Positions 49,041 to 63,552 of a stretch of 64,000 bases of DNA are shown here, piece after piece. Source of the DNA: Callorhinchus milii (Eukaryota); NCBI RefSeq assembly GCF_018977255.1, contig NW_024704743.1, forward strand, positions 79,672,001-79,736,000, read 5' to 3'. The first letter of the stretch is position 1, and every line of letters begins with the position of its first letter. The notes below the pieces were generated by a model. The model made no database searches. It was not told where the DNA came from and saw only the letters and a program-made list of their open reading frames with translations. The position numbers and the translations under genes are program-made.

Positions 49041-52000
49041 AGTTAGGAGAGCATACGGAGCAGGTGGTGGAGCGGGGCTGCTCTCAAACCACATATGTTT
49101 GAGAGGTACAACAATAATAACAACTTGCATTTATATAGTGCCCTTCACGCAAGATTGCGTCCTGGACCCATTGAAGGATGGGACATGTAATTCCTTGGAG
49201 CCAGAAAAATGCAGCACATCATTCGAAGCTACATATCTCTCAAATATCTCTCCCTATCTCACAATAAGCCAAATTAATTCCCTCTCAAAATGGCCTGCAA
49301 TATCAGAAGATTTGATCCTGCTTTTCTCTACACCTAAAGGGTATTTTGGCTCAATAGACGAAAGCAGTTAGCTCTTGAACAATTAATGTTGATCCCTGTG
49401 GTGGAAACATTGCTTCATGAGGAAACCTTGTGGCCAATGAACAACAAGGAAGGTTACAAAGCAAGCATACCGCAAAACAAGTCTGTTGAGTGACGCTGGA
49501 CAAAGGACCTCACTGTGGTCAGAAAGAGCCAGGTGGTAGAGCGGCAGCTGAGAAGCCTTCCACATGTCTTTACCTGCAAACAGGTGGCCTATTGCAGCTC
49601 AGCCTGCGAGGTGATCCCAGGTGCTGGGAGGGATACCTGGCAGTCGTATCTACTAGCTGAGGAATCTGCCCGAAGGCACATTGCATTTACACACTTACAG
49701 GCTTTGTAAAGCTACATGCTTTCTGCAGCTCACTCACACCTTCTTACTGCATACAAACAAGAGAGAATAAAAAGCAAGTGTCTGAGGGATTCCTCCCATT
49801 ATCTAATCTCAATACCTGAGTATCTATTGTTTTTAACTGCAGCATATAATGTTGCCTTTATCTAGGTTCTTGAAACTTAGCCGAGCTGTGTTTACTTTGC
49901 TGAGAGGCGACCCTCTGCATTATGCCCTTATTACGTGATGACATTCACTAAATGGTGTTACATTTTTAAACAGAGAAACCTGGATGAAGGGTTAACATGA
50001 AACAAATGAGTTTTGCTCCAAAAGTAGCGCTGACACTCGATCTCTCTGAGCGTTCCACAGCTTTGGACTTTTAAGCATCCTGGATTTTACTTGCGCTTCT
50101 TTCTGTGAATGCACTGAACCAGTACACCATCGTTTTCTATTCAATGATGGTGTCATACATGCACATACACAGTACAGATACAGCAGACATCATTGTGGCT
50201 GAGTTCAAGCCATAGGTCGTGGGCTCGAGCAATCTCGACTTTGAGCTCTGATAGTGTCTGAGACACTATCCTGTGTGAAAGGTGCTATATATTCACTTTT
50301 CTTAACACAAAACTCTGTGAAGCGCTTTGAAATGTTTTGACGTGATTAGGCATTATATCAAATGCAAGTATTACTACACAGGTGTAACTCCACAGTGGTG
50401 TGGAACTGGGTTAGAAGTGAATGGGTTGGCATTGGAAACACTGTCATGAATAGGATAGAGTAGTACCTTCTGGTCTGGGTAAAAGACTTTCAAATGTGGC
50501 GAAAGTTGTGACATCAAGAGTTGTGATGTGAAAGTTGCAAAATCAAGGGAATGTCTGATGTAGTGCTTCAGGTAGTGCGTTAGAGACTCAATGTCTGCTT
50601 GAAAGAGGTATCTTGGTAAAATTCCTGCCTCATCCAATTTCACAAAAAAAACACAGGTTCATTTATTGTTCCATTTCAATACTGTTTGTGACACGTTGCT
50701 TGTGCAGATTAACTGCTGTATTTGACTACATAACAGTGCTTTGGAAAGTGACTCATTTGTGTGAAGTGGTTTGAGACAACAGCACATAATAGATGCAAGT
50801 CCTATTATTATTAATGTTGTTAATAATAAACTGAGAGGGCGAAGCGTTAGCAATTGATAAGCATTGTCACAAGCGCAGGATTCAGTCAGTGTAATCACTC
50901 CTTGTTGCCTGTTATCATTTATAATACATGTTGTTTCAATACAATGCAGTGGGTTTTGGTCTTCGTTTGGTTAATGAAGTTGTTAGCAGCACTGTCAGAT
51001 CCCATGTCCTTGATGCATCATCTAATGTTTGCACAGGATGACTAGAGAATTATCAGTTACCATTTAGCAAGCTGCAAGTAATTACCACAAAAACTCTCTC
51101 AAGTATAGGTTGAACTTGGAAACTTATTTCTTTTAAAAAATCAACCATTACAGTAAATCCCGTGAAGCGCTTTGAGACAACTCAATGACATGATCGAACG
51201 CTATATAAAACGCATGGATTATTTATAATAATAATATAATTATTAACATTATTATAGGGTCTTGCTTGCCTGTTTTTGGTGGATTGTAAAAGCCCATAGT
51301 TATTTGAACTATATGAAGAAGAGCAGATAGTGTTCTGACCAATGTACCTCCCTCATTTCAAATTCACCAAATCAGTCTCGTTATAGTTATCATTCAACTC
51401 GTTTGTTTGTTGAACTTTGCTGGCGCAGGTTCATTGTTGTTAGCTTCAAAGCATATTCTTTGTGTGAAGTGCTTTGAGATATTGCAACACGATAAGGCGC
51501 TATATGAAATGCATGTATTTTATTAACATTAATCAGGGCTTATCCTATTTCTGCAGCAGGAATCCAGTGTGTAATATGCAAGAGAAACTGATACAAAGGC
51601 GCTTATTCAACTGCTCTTATCATTAAACATTGACTCATTCAAACATTACCGTATTTGTGTTTTGAAGCCAACTCATGTTCTCGCAGCCCTTTGATTTAAC
51701 CTTGTCCGACAATGCACATATGCAAATTAAAAACCCAATTTCACAGAAGCCAGCTGCATCTCAGTGTCAACATAGGAGATATTCCAACAAGCAAAATTGG
51801 GCAAGAAGGATAAATTGAAGGCAAACGACACTTCCATAAGTCTTTGGCAGTCTGATATAGCGTAATGTTTCCAAAGTAAAAACAATTCTTTTTTAAAACA
51901 AAATCGGTAAGTGACCTGGAGCAGAGTTTAACCTGAAATGTTTTGCAGGATTTCAGCAGGAAGCTGTATTTTAACTGATCAAAAGAATTGTGTGCCAACC

Positions 52001-52151
52001 TTTGCACAACATCCTCCATAGCCAATCAGGAACGTGGTTGAATCACTACTTAAAAAAACAGAACTAGAAATTAGTAGCAAAGATTGAACCCATTCAACCC
52101 ATTGTGGCTGCAGTATCGACACTAATCTTATCCCCTTGTTCCGTATCTCAG

Positions 52152-52495
52152 CAACACCAACTTGCACTTATATAGCACCATCTACGCAGGGTAGTCTCAG
52201 AGTGCTTAACAGTGGTGGAGCCTAACTCCGAGCCGGCGGTGGGGGGAAGTCCACGGTTGAAGAGGAAAGTTTTCAGGCGGGACTTGAAAAAGGGGAGAGG
52301 GGGAGCAAGGTGGAGGGATTGAGGGAGAGTGTTCCAGAGTTTGGGGGCTCAGTGGCTGAAACCGTGACCTCCGATGGTGGGGCGGAGGGTGCGGGAGACG
52401 AGCAGGAGGCCGGTGTCAGTTGAATGGAGGCGCAGGGTGGTGGATTAGGGAGTGAGGAGGTCAGAGAGGTAGGGAGGTGCCAGAGAGTGAGAGTA
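52152..52495 (-). mobile_element. L2 3' end (older subfamily)
   Basis: APPYLSDLL; KLWNTLPQSLHLA; FKSRLKTFLF. Confidence 0.82.
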
Positions 52496-53524
52496 TCTTT
52501 ATTGTGATTGTGTATCCAACTAAGTGTGTGTGTGTTACCGTGACTAAGCCCTGAAATACTGGTTGGTGCAAATTGCACATTTATGAAGTGGACCAGTTAC
52601 CTTCACTCCTCTTAAATACCCAACACACGTGGATAAAGTGGAAACTACAGTAATACTGCTTTTATATTGCATTTGGTTCCTAAGGCAAGCTCGTCCCTGT
52701 AATGTCAAACATTATCAAGTAGTCTACACAAGCCCCTAACCTTCCTACTCCCCTCTCCTCTGTACCCTTCTTCCTTATTTAAGTTTTCTCTTAAATACAA
52801 TGATATGTTTTGCTTCAACCACTGGTTCTGGTAGTGAGTTCGACATTCTCACCACTCTCCCAGTGGAGACGTTCCTCCTAATCTCCCTATTAGATACGTT
52901 ACTAGTTATCTTGTATTTATGTCCTCTAATCAATTAATGCAGCAGAAGCTCAGAGTGCAGCAATGCCTCCAGTTTGGTCTCACACTTTGAGTCTCCCAAC
53001 AGTCTCAAAGCTTACACGCTTCACAGGAGCCTGATTCACATACTCCCATTCAGTCACTCTCTTTCTTTATAGGATAATAAGTGGTGGTTGTCTGTCTTGG
53101 CACCAGTGCATGAGGTTCCCTTTAGCTTCCCATTCATTGCCCAATTGTGTCTTCTTCACCCTCCAGTGATCTCTTGTCCTATCAGACAGTGAAGATGTCA
53201 CACTCTGACAATAAAATTAAACACTGTGCCTAGAATCTGTTTGAAGTGCATTATTTAAAATACTGCTGTCACTGGAAGACCTTTTACTGGAAGTGGAAGT
53301 GAGATATTGAACACTGTAATTTGGTAATCCTGAATTACTGATAAAAGCAATCACAATTGATCCCTGATATTTACAGAATGCTTTACTCTCACTGTAGCAC
53401 CATGCTTAGTAGCCAAGCACTTTACATATTGTGGTGAGATAGGATTTGGTGAATAGCTGGGAACAAAGTATAACATAACACAAGACCAGGTCTAGTTACC
53501 TTATAGCAAAACCAGTTTGTATAA

Positions 53525-53800
53525 AAACATAGAAATTTACAGTGGAGAAGGAGGTCATTCAACCCAGCAATTCTGCTCACAGAGCAAGGATATCATTTCA
53601 ATCCCACTACCGTACCTTATCCCCATACCCCTTCAACTTCCTCACTTTCACAAGCCTGTCTACATCCCTCTTAAAAGCTACAATGAAATCCGCCTCCACC
53701 ACCCTACTCGGCAGGGCATTCCAAACCCTAACTCTTCTTTGGGTGAAAAAATTTTCCTCTTAAGTTCTCCTTTCGCTTTTCTTGTGAGTATCTTATCTCC
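53525..53800 (-). mobile_element. CR1 3' end
   Basis: Minus strand FFTQRRVRVWNALPSRVVEADFIVAFKRDVD. Confidence 0.85.
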
Positions 53801-56800
53801 TAGTTAATGACTCCCCTATCACTAGAAATAACCTCTCCCTACCCTATTTACTCTTCTCTCTATTTACTCTACCCTGTATCTGAAAACGTTGTGCTTGTAC
53901 TGAATTCCCTCATTCTTTATAGCACGGCTTTAGCTCTGAAATTACTGTTTCACATCAATTACCCTGCTGAGTGCTGGCCACTGCTCTCAATCTAGTTATT
54001 CTAAATACTAGTCCATTTGTTCATTCTAGGTTGAAAATATTTACTCACCAGCTATTTCTGATCTTTCACCCTTAAACGCACACACCAAGGACTATTTCAC
54101 TGCTACATGTTTCCTTATTTGCCCAGCAACCTTCTCCCCTCATCACCATAAGGCTCAGACTGGGTTATGGCTTCACTGCCATTGGCAGTGCCTTGCTGGA
54201 GAGGGCATTCTTCACATGTTAACCTGCACAGTAAGTACAGAGTAGGCAATTCAGCAATGGAGGCATTACAGCCAGTTCTGATCCACAGAACCATAGTAAT
54301 TTACAGCACAGAAGAAGGCCATTCGGCCCATTGTGTCTGTGCTTGCTCTCTTAAAAAGTAATCCTTTCAGTCACATTTACCTGTCTTTTCCCCATGCTCC
54401 TGTAATTTATTGTCAACACTCACCACCCACAGATGTACATTTTCTAGCAGCTGTCAATGATCAGGAGCATTAATGTATTTTACCTGAAAACTCTCGTTCA
54501 ATAGGAATTGTTAAAGACGCTGATCAGGACCTAGGAGTCTTGTCTCTTCCCCCTCTCTGTCATATTTGTTTTGTCAATCTTCTTACCCAATCTGCCTTCC
54601 TCATCTCCTGAGGGCAGGGAGTTGTCCTCAGGTACCTCAACCGAGTGCTTATTCTTGAAGCAGACTGTTGGCTGCAGAGGGCACCAGAACCAAGTCCATC
54701 CCTGAGATTACTTATCAGCAGAGGTAGATGGACAGTGATTGGAGCACAATTTAAGCTCATATTCCCCTTCCTGGGCTCAGAAGCATTGAATCCAAAAGTG
54801 TATTTTCCCAAACACTGCGCTGGATGAAATCCTCCAAATCACCCCAGGCAGGGAATGGAACTACAACCTTCAGCTATACGGCTCAATACAACTTTAATTT
54901 ACTTGTTTTTCCAAATGAACCCTTTCCCCTGAGTTCACCCCCATCTTGGGTGCCAACCTTGGACTGTCAAGTGCCTCAGAACATCTTCCCGACGTGAAAG
55001 TTACTGTATTATATAAATGTAAATTTGTTGTTGTTGGTTGAGGCCACTCCTTGCTGAGAGATTGAGCCCTGAAATTTTGCGGGAAGCTTCCTGTATATAG
55101 CACACATGCGAGAAGTGATGCCAACAGTGACCCGATGACCTGGAAGTTGCCCCTGTTTTAGGACAGGAAACCGGCTGGTTTTCTGCAACCATGCGGAGCG
55201 TGCTAACCTGCAGCCCCTCTCGATGGCTCCCTGGTATAATGTGGAACTTCCAATACCCTTTTATAATGTGGCTCTACTGCAGAAATTAAAAACCAACAAC
55301 CTCCGATAATTGTTTCTCGTCCCTAGCCCAGCAGTGCTGAAGCTAATTGTAGCGCACTGACCAACTCACTGTGCATGTCAGACGAGCAATCGAACCCCAA
55401 ACTTTCCTGATCTTGTTTTTCTCTGCGACACATCACATGGTCGAGTTGACCCACTAAACGTTCAAGGCTTTCAATTTTGACAAAATGGAACTAAAAGCGT
55501 GGCATTCTGTAAATGATTAAGTTTGAAAGCATCAACCCAGGCACCAATGGTTTATTTTGAATACGCGGTTGTGAAATTATTAGTCAGCTGGATGATTAAA
55601 GTGTTCCAGTCCTTGTCAACTTTAGTTTTCCCCAGAAATCATGAACTTCTGTTGTATCTCAGATATGTGACAGGGACCTCCCCTATGTTCCTTCTTGCCT
55701 GTCATCACTGCACAGTATAGCAGACCTGGGAAAGTACCTCTGATTCTCAGTAACAGATGCCACATAAAACATTTGTGTTTGAATTATTTAAGGGTGATCA
55801 AATACGCCTGATGAAAAATAGCCCAATCTATCATGCTTTAACATCCAAAATAGATATCAACAATTTGACCCATTTGACAGTAAATATCACCCTTACAATG
55901 TCACGAGGATTCAGAGCAAGTGCTCAGTTAAGCCACCTACTGCCTCGCACTGTTGCAGTGAAAATGTTATTTGACTAAGAGGTGTTCAGACAACAAAGTG
56001 CCATTGACATTTTCTTACCAGTGTTTTACTTGTCACTTATATTTGAAGAAGGCTTTCAAAATGACTTCATGTTGAAGTGAAGAGTTTGAAGACTGTATTG
56101 GCCTCACTGCAATTGAAACCATCCATGCTCAGAACAACTGGAAGCCTGAGCATGCTTCTTTACATTTCCATCGGACAACACATTAATTCCACAACATAAT
56201 TCAACAAGAACACATTATCTCAAACTCAAATCAGATTTTTTTAAAATTAATGAGGGCATCTAGATGGAGTGTCAAGGTAAAAGCAGTCAGTGGTGAAGAG
56301 CCGGGATATTTTGCACTTTTGGTATAATAATAAAAAATAATAATCCTTACATTTGTATGGCACTTTTCATGACAGAAGGACAACTAAAAGTGTTTCATAG
56401 GATGTACTGTGAAATGTATTATGTAGGCAAATGAGTTAGTGTTAGTGTTCAGTACAACAGGCTATTTTCTGCTGGTCCATAAATTTGCAGAACATTTGCT
56501 TACAGCAGAAGTTGCCTGTTTCCATAAAGCTGAAACATTCTGAGATCAGCCATCACTTGGATCCTAAAACGGTATCTGGCTAGTGACAAACAGCAATGGA
56601 CATTCAGTGCTCACCAGTCATATGCCAACGATAGCCAGCAACAAACTCTTAGTCCACACAGAACCTTCATCCAGAGACGACTGGACTGCAAGAGATTAAA
56701 GCCAAACACAAATTAAAACACAACCAATAACTTAAACAACCTACCAATTAACCCCCAAGCCACAAACCTCTTTGTAATTTAATAAAACACTGATAAGGAT

Positions 56801-57469
56801 TGAAATACCATTGTATTGAGAGTATCACATGAGGAATTCAGTGGATAACTTGAATGGAACGTGTGTGCGGGTGGACTTCAGTCTCTGACACCAATCATTG
56901 ATATGAAGTATTAATACTCGACTTAACAGAACTTGCATTTGCCACCTGATGGGGTTCTCAGAAATTGGTCAATTTGCAGTGTTTCTCGATGACTCCTTTG
57001 AACACTGTGTGAAATTCCGCAGATTTCACCTCCTTTCTTATATTTTTGAGCGCAGTGTTTGCAAATGACTGTGCAGTGACATTGATTCAACCCACAATAG
57101 TTGCCTTTATAAACCAGGACACTATACTCATTTAAAAAGCAGCTTGATGATGTGATGGGAGCCCAGTAGGGTGGGTATTCTGGAGGGATGAGATCAGATG
57201 GGCTGAAGGAAAATTCCAGACAGGAAAAATTTGCATGTGTAGGTAGCATAGATATGTGAAACTGTCAGTCTGGTTTCGATAATCTGAAGCAAGGTACTGG
57301 GTTTCCGCATATATCAGACACCTGGCTGACCAAAGAATGTCAGAAAGTTTGGTAAGGTTTGGGAGATGCCAATTAGGTAGAGTAAAAGAATCAATGGGTA
57401 AAGGAGGCATCACATAAGACATATTTCAAAGCTTTTCACAAGGTTCAATGTAAAGTCTAATGACTGTAG

Positions 57470-57705
57470 TTATAGGCGATTGTGTGGGTGAAAATGCGGG
57501 AAGAGACGTTTTGAATCAGTTGAATTTTGTGAATAGTGGAGCAGGGAAGACCAGGGAAGAGGGCGTTTGAGTAGTCGAGTTGGGAGGTGGCAAAGGCGTG
57601 GAAGAGGGTTTTGGCAGCTTTTGGAGTGAGGTACGGACGAAGGCGGGCAATGTGGCGGAGGTTGGAGGAAAGTGGTCTGGCCAGGGACCGGATGTGGGGT
57701 ATATT
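57470..57705 (-). mobile_element. Old L2 ORF2 fragment
   Basis: LRHIARLRPYLTPKAAKTLFHAFATSQLDYSNALFPGLP. Confidence 0.85.
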
Positions 57706-59049
57706 GCTTTTCACATTGGTAGGATTTCACAAGATTCACCGTGAAGTGGAGTGACTATGTATTTTGTTGTGGGCGAATGCGACAGCCAATTTGTGCACAG
57801 CATTATGAACAGAACAGGCTTCCCAAATGAACAGAACAGGCTTTCCATAGAGAGTAACATCAGAAAGAGAGCAGGAAATTAGGGCTTTTATCAGTATCCC
57901 AGGCTCGAACGATATTAAAAAAAATCCTTTTAGTGACTTGAAGACATAAGGGAGCACACAGCACTAAACCGTTACTATGTTTTAAGTGGGATTGACAGGC
58001 TTTTAAACTTCAAGCATCACTGAATGAATCACTTCTTATTTTATTTTCTGCTTTTTTCTGCCTATGCTGTGCCTTCACCCTCGCTCCTCAATGAATGAAA
58101 AAGGAATAAGCTTGGCTATCTGCTTCCTATAGGATGACTAAGTAATGAAAGGGTGAAGGGAAATGCTGGCGATTTATTCCTGAGTAATTGCAGTCACAGT
58201 GCAAAAGCTTTCAGGAACAGTGATGCAGATGATGTGATTATGCCAAACAGGTTGTTAAAGCATGGTTATTCACGCAGTTGCTTTCAAATGTTAAGCAAGG
58301 GTTTAGGATGCCACCGGGACAGTTTATTATTGAACGATTTGAGACTGTCACTGAGCATGGTACATGTAGTGAATAGGTTAGGGGGTTCAGCTCTGAGGGA
58401 TTGTTGGTGCCTTTGTAAGACATTTTCGCCTGCAATACATTAAATTATCAGAGAAAAAAAATCTTCGACAAATGTATGGATTTTTAGGCCACAAGTGTAA
58501 TATCAATGAATGTAGAATCTCAAGATCTTTGTGTTCCTCAGGCCCCAGGCCTTATTATTGTATGAATAGTAAAAGATAGGGCCTTTTGTCACAATAACAC
58601 ATTATCATACCCACATAGGTTTTCAAGGCAAGAGAGCTCTTATTGTTTAGCCGTTAGAGCAGCAACCTGTCAAAAAGAAGTTTTGCAAGCCTGTGCACAT
58701 TATCCTATGTGCATTTCGCACGTGACCTACATTCCACCTGCAGTGACCCTCCCCCACCGCCTTCTCCCCAAACACACAGGCACACGGGCACAACATACAG
58801 GCTACGTGTACAGACTGCCATGAGGGCAACTGGTATGTGCTGCACTATATTCCACAACATTATGTGTTTGTGAGCTTCATGGGGATTCAAGGAATGCATA
58901 TCTCCAGCTGGAAGAGAAGATGTCAATAATGCATTTACAAAGAGTACTTTTTTACGAAAAGCAAGCGTACAAAAATTCTCAGTGGCTATTTTGGCCTCTG
59001 TGATCATTGTTTTTGCTTCTCTCTCTTCCCTCCCCACATTTCTCCCATC

Positions 59050-59430
59050 TGCTCCTTAAGATGTCTGCTCATGGTGGCATCCGTCAAACATCCCAGCCAA
59101 CTAACCATTCTATATGTGCGAGCTTAGCCAGAGAGCATGGGCAGGCAATGCAATAGAGGTTATAGTTTGTCATTGCCCAGAGTGTAACATTTCTCACTTA
59201 ACTTCTGCACACAGCACTTTCCAGTATGGACAGCTGGATAGCAATCAGGAGTGGGAACCGTTGTTGATTTTCTCCTCCCTGGCCCAGGGGCACTGAGGCA
59301 ACTTGTAACTATATCTCTTCCCCCACTCCCACCACCACTCTAGATGGAAATTAACTCAACACAGCCTGAGCATTGTGCTTGGAAACTTCCTGGTCTGCAT
59401 GTCTTTGTTCCACAATGGACAATACCTTTA
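59050..59430 (-). mobile_element. SINE family C
   Basis: 'ctggatagcaatcaggagtgggaaccgttgttgattttctcctccctggcccaggggcactgaggc...aactcaacacagcc'. Confidence 0.6.
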
Positions 59431-59628
59431 CTAACTCCTCCATACATGGTGGTTTTAATATTAAAAATGTATTCTAGATTTGTGCCAGTTTCTAATATAC
59501 CAACCAAAACACATTTCAATGCAAATAGTTTTTTTTAAGGCATGAGAGCGTCTTTTGTTCAGCCAATTCAGCACTCACTTGTTTCATAGAGGTTTTGCAA
59601 GCTTGTGCACGTTATCCCCATTTAACAT

Positions 59629-59988
59629 ATGGAGTCCACTAGATCAGTGGTTAGAGCATTTGCCTCGCAAGCGAGAGACCTGGGTTCGTCTCCCAGCAGG
59701 GAGAAATGTTGGGCAAGTTTACTTAATCCACATGCCTCTGTTCACCTAGCAGTAAGTAGGAAACCGGTTGTTAGTTGACTGGTGTATCGCTTTTGCGCAG
59801 GTAAGAATTACTTCAAAAAAATAATACATTGGTCACTTCAATCCATGACTGTTTGTGGGACACAGCTGTGTGCAATTGGCTGCTGAGTTTTGCCTACAAA
59901 ATATACAGTCAATTCATTTTAGGGTATATTCTGTGAAGTGCTTTGAGACGTCTTAAAGACATGATATATCAAATGCAAGGATTATTAA
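59629..59988 (+). mobile_element. SINE family A, long form
   Basis: 'tcagtggttagagcatttgcctcgcaagcgagagacctgggttcg', long segment, Deu core and tail. Confidence 0.9.
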
Positions 59989-60132
59989 CATACGGCCAGC
60001 ATCCTACCTGTAATTACCGCTGTACACTTAGGCACAGGATCACGATATACCAGCTACACACACAGCTGTGACCAGCTATCATGTTGGAGCATAACATACA
60101 TCAATTTTTTGTGCTTTATAACATTGTCCACC

Positions 60133-61729
60133 ACCTACTCACTTGATCTCATCCCCACCTCTCTCCTCATCTCCCAGCTCCACCTTCTGGCCCCTCTCCT
60201 GTCCAACGTCATCAACCTCTCCTTGTCCACTGGTTCAGTTCCCACCCCCCTAAAAACAGCGTCATCACCGCCATCTTGAAAAAACCTTCCCTGGACCCAT
60301 CTCTCCTCTCCAGCTAGCACCCCATCTCTAACCTCCCATTCGTCTCCAAGGTCCTGGAACAAGTTATCACGTCCCAGCTCCACTCCTTTCTCTCTCGCCA
60401 TTCCCTCTTTGAACCCCTCCAATTCGGCTTCCACGCTGCCCACAGCACGGAAACAGCCCTGGTCAAAGTCACTAATGACATTCTGAACAACTGTGATCAG
60501 GGCTTCCTCTGCCTCCTTGTCCTCCTCGACCTCTCTTCCGCCTTCGACACTGTCAACCACGCCATCCTCATACTCTGCCTCTCCGCTTTACTCAATCTTC
60601 ACAGACCTGCCCTTGCCTGGTTCGATTCCTATCTCTCTCACCGTCTCCACTTCGTTGCCTCTAATGGTTTCTCCTACAGCCTCCGCACTGTCACATCTGG
60701 CGTCCCCCAGGGCTCTGTCCTTGGCCTCTCCTCTTTAATATCTACATGCTCCCCCTTGGTGATATCATCCACAGACATGGGGTCAACTTCCCAACTCTTA
60801 TCTTTCTGCCTCCACCCTCAACTCCAGGACCACTGCTGTCCTGACAGACTGCCTGTAGATCAAGTCCTGGCTGAGGGCAAATTTCCTACAGTTGAATGTG
60901 AACAAGACTGAGGCCCTTCTGAATGGCTCGCCTCAGCACCTCAGGCTCTGGCAGCATCAGCCTCCATGGTTGCACATTTCAACTCACCAAGCCAGTCAGG
61001 AACCTCGGTGTCTTGTTAGACCCTCAACTGTCTTTTCTCCCCCACATTCAAGCCATGACCCACTCTGCCATCCCTCACCTCCGTAACATCACCTGACTCC
61101 GCCACTACCTCACCCCTCAGGCCGCTGAAACTCTTGTTCATGCCTTCACCACCTCCAGGCTCAACTATGCAAACTCACTGCTTGTCGGCCTTCCCAACGC
61201 CTCCCTCCACAGACTGCAGATAATCCAGAACTCTGCAGCCCGTGTCCTCTCCCGCACCAAACCCGTGACCTCATCTCCCCCACTCTCGCCCGACTCCATT
61301 GGCTCCCTATCCTTCAGAGGATCCAGTTCAAGATCCTGGTCTTCACCTACAAAGCCCTCCATGGCCTCAACCCACCCTACCTCTGCGACCTCCTAACCCC
61401 CTACCAACCCACCCGTTCCCTCCGCTCAGCCGACTCCGGCCTGCTCCACGTCCCCCGACCCACCCGTCCCACCATTGGCGGGAGAACCTTCAGCCACTCT
61501 GCCCCCAACCTCTGGAATTCCATCCCCCAGTCACTCCGCCTCGCCCCCTCCTAAGCCTCCTTCAAGTCCCGCCTCAAGACCTTTCTCTTCGACCATGCCA
61601 TCGGCAACCCCCCTTCCCCTCCCCTCCCCCTGACCCCAGCCTGGGTCTGAAATGCTGTACACTGTCCAGCACCTTGGGACATCCTCCCGATGTGAAAGGC
61701 ACTATACAAATGTAATCTTGTTGTTGTTG
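60133..61729 (+). mobile_element. Longest L2 copy (subfamily b, about 1.6 kb), decayed RT
   Basis: [64 protein letters not shown]; tail; several stops and frameshifts. Confidence 0.96.
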
Positions 61730-62534
61730 CTGTCATGGCTCTTTTTAAATGTTTTTCACAGAACCTGAGAAACGTTATCACTGCATATGACTGGGAACAA
61801 TAACACTGAATGATGCTGAATGATACGGACAAGCCGATAAAATATTTAGCCTTGTGTCTTGTGCCTAGCGTCTTGAACCAAACAGGCTGTGGACATGTTC
61901 TTGGCTCCTTGTAAGGTATGTGTGTGTGTGTATGTGTATGTATGGCTGGGGGAGGGGGTAAGGAGACCTCCTTTGAGCCAGATTATTTTGTCCTCACAAG
62001 GTCAATCTGAGACTGACAGGTGGCAGATTCAGTATTAAGTGAGCCTGGGAGTTTAACTTGTAAACTCCTTGTCAGGTCCAGGGTCAGGGCTCTGAGGATT
62101 AATGCCAAGGTCAGTCCAAGAGATGATTGGGTAAAACAAAGTATTCTAAGTGCAACTTATTTTAGATTCTTACTCCCTCCACAGACACACTTGGCGGCCC
62201 GTGTAGTGCTGAGCCGCCCACGGTAGGAAAGACCAAGCATTATGCACAATCTAAACTGGTCTCAGTTTGGCTACAAGCTGAGACCACTAATTGCTAAAGT
62301 TGTCCCTGGGCTAGGAAAGCATACAGTTAGCCAGAGGTCTCACTGCCTGGTGCTCAATTTTCTCTATTGGAAGGTGGCACAGCAGCCAATTTGCACACAG
62401 CAATGAACCACAAACAATCATGTGGTGAATGATTAATTTATCTGGAGCATTCTTTGTCAGAATCTCCCTTCCTCAACTCAAAAGTCAGATGGGGCTTCAG
62501 ATTAACAGTTCATCTGAAGAATCGTGCTGCCAAG

Positions 62535-62762
62535 TAACAACAACAACTTCACACAGGGTAGCGACTAAGAGCACTTAACAGTGGCGGAGTATGATATCGA
62601 ATCAGGGAGAACAGGGAGGTGACTGTAGGCATGGTCGAAGGGGAAGGTCTTCAGGTACGATCTGACGACAGGCATGGCAGAGGGATTGAGGCAGAGAGTT
62701 CCATAGAGAGTTCCATAGTTTCGGGGCGTAGTGGCTGAAAATAGATCTGCTAATGGTGGAGC
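62535..62762 (-). mobile_element. L2 3' end, apparently inserted into a family-B SINE (62385-62530 and 62765-62865)
   Basis: (CAA)n and LKTFPFDHA; SINE core on the left and SINE head on the right, same orientation. Confidence 0.65.
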
Positions 62763-63399
62763 ACTCCTCCGAACCTATTGTTCGAACTTAAATTCTAATA
62801 TGGTGCTTGAACCTACAACCTCTGACCCAGAGGTGAGAATGCTACAAACTGAGTGAGGCAGACACCTAAGTGGAAAAATTGAGTGTTTTATAATAGATTC
62901 TTAATCCACTGAATAACTCAAGGAATCTGTTATGAAAAATTGCATTTTCCACCTCAGAACCTTGACTCTTAAAAGTTCCAATGCCCCAGATATAATAACG
63001 TTATCTTTTTTGAGTGCCTCATGGTTTCTTTCTCCCTTAAAACTGTACCTGCTTTACTTCTAGCCGACACCTGAAATGGGTCTTTGCGAATGTTCAATGG
63101 TGAATTTCATAAAGTCGCGAACGCAAAAATATTCAGAACCAAAACAAAGTTATCAAATTTGTGGGGTAAAGTAAAATGCTTGTTGACCTACAAAGTACAC
63201 AGTGACCACACTTCACAGTAAATCCTGCAGAGCACTTTGAGACATTCTTCCGACGTGAATATCAAAGTCCCAGGATTATTTTATTTTTTATTTTTAATAT
63301 GGAGCTGAGGTAGTAAAAGGAGACATCAGGGGTTGGAATGATTTACCAGAGTGGCTGTCAGAGCAGAGTCAAATGGGGGAATTTAAAAATCAATCGGAC

Positions 63400-63552
63400 A
63401 ATTGCACATGCAGAGGAAGGATATTGGAGAGTATGGGGGAAAGAACAGGGAATTGGGATCAGGATGTATGGCTTCTTGAGGAGCAAACACCAACACAAAA
63501 TAATATGCCAAATGGCTTCCTACTATGCTGTGGATATCTGTGGTTCTATAGA
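63400..63552 (+). mobile_element. CR1 3' tail
   Basis: 'gtatgggggaaagaacaggga...gccaaatggcttcctactatgctgt'. Confidence 0.6.

Noticed and set aside
61761..61915. Plus-strand exon with good splice sites
   Set aside because: It is closed in all frames, has no partner exon, and such signals are common by chance.
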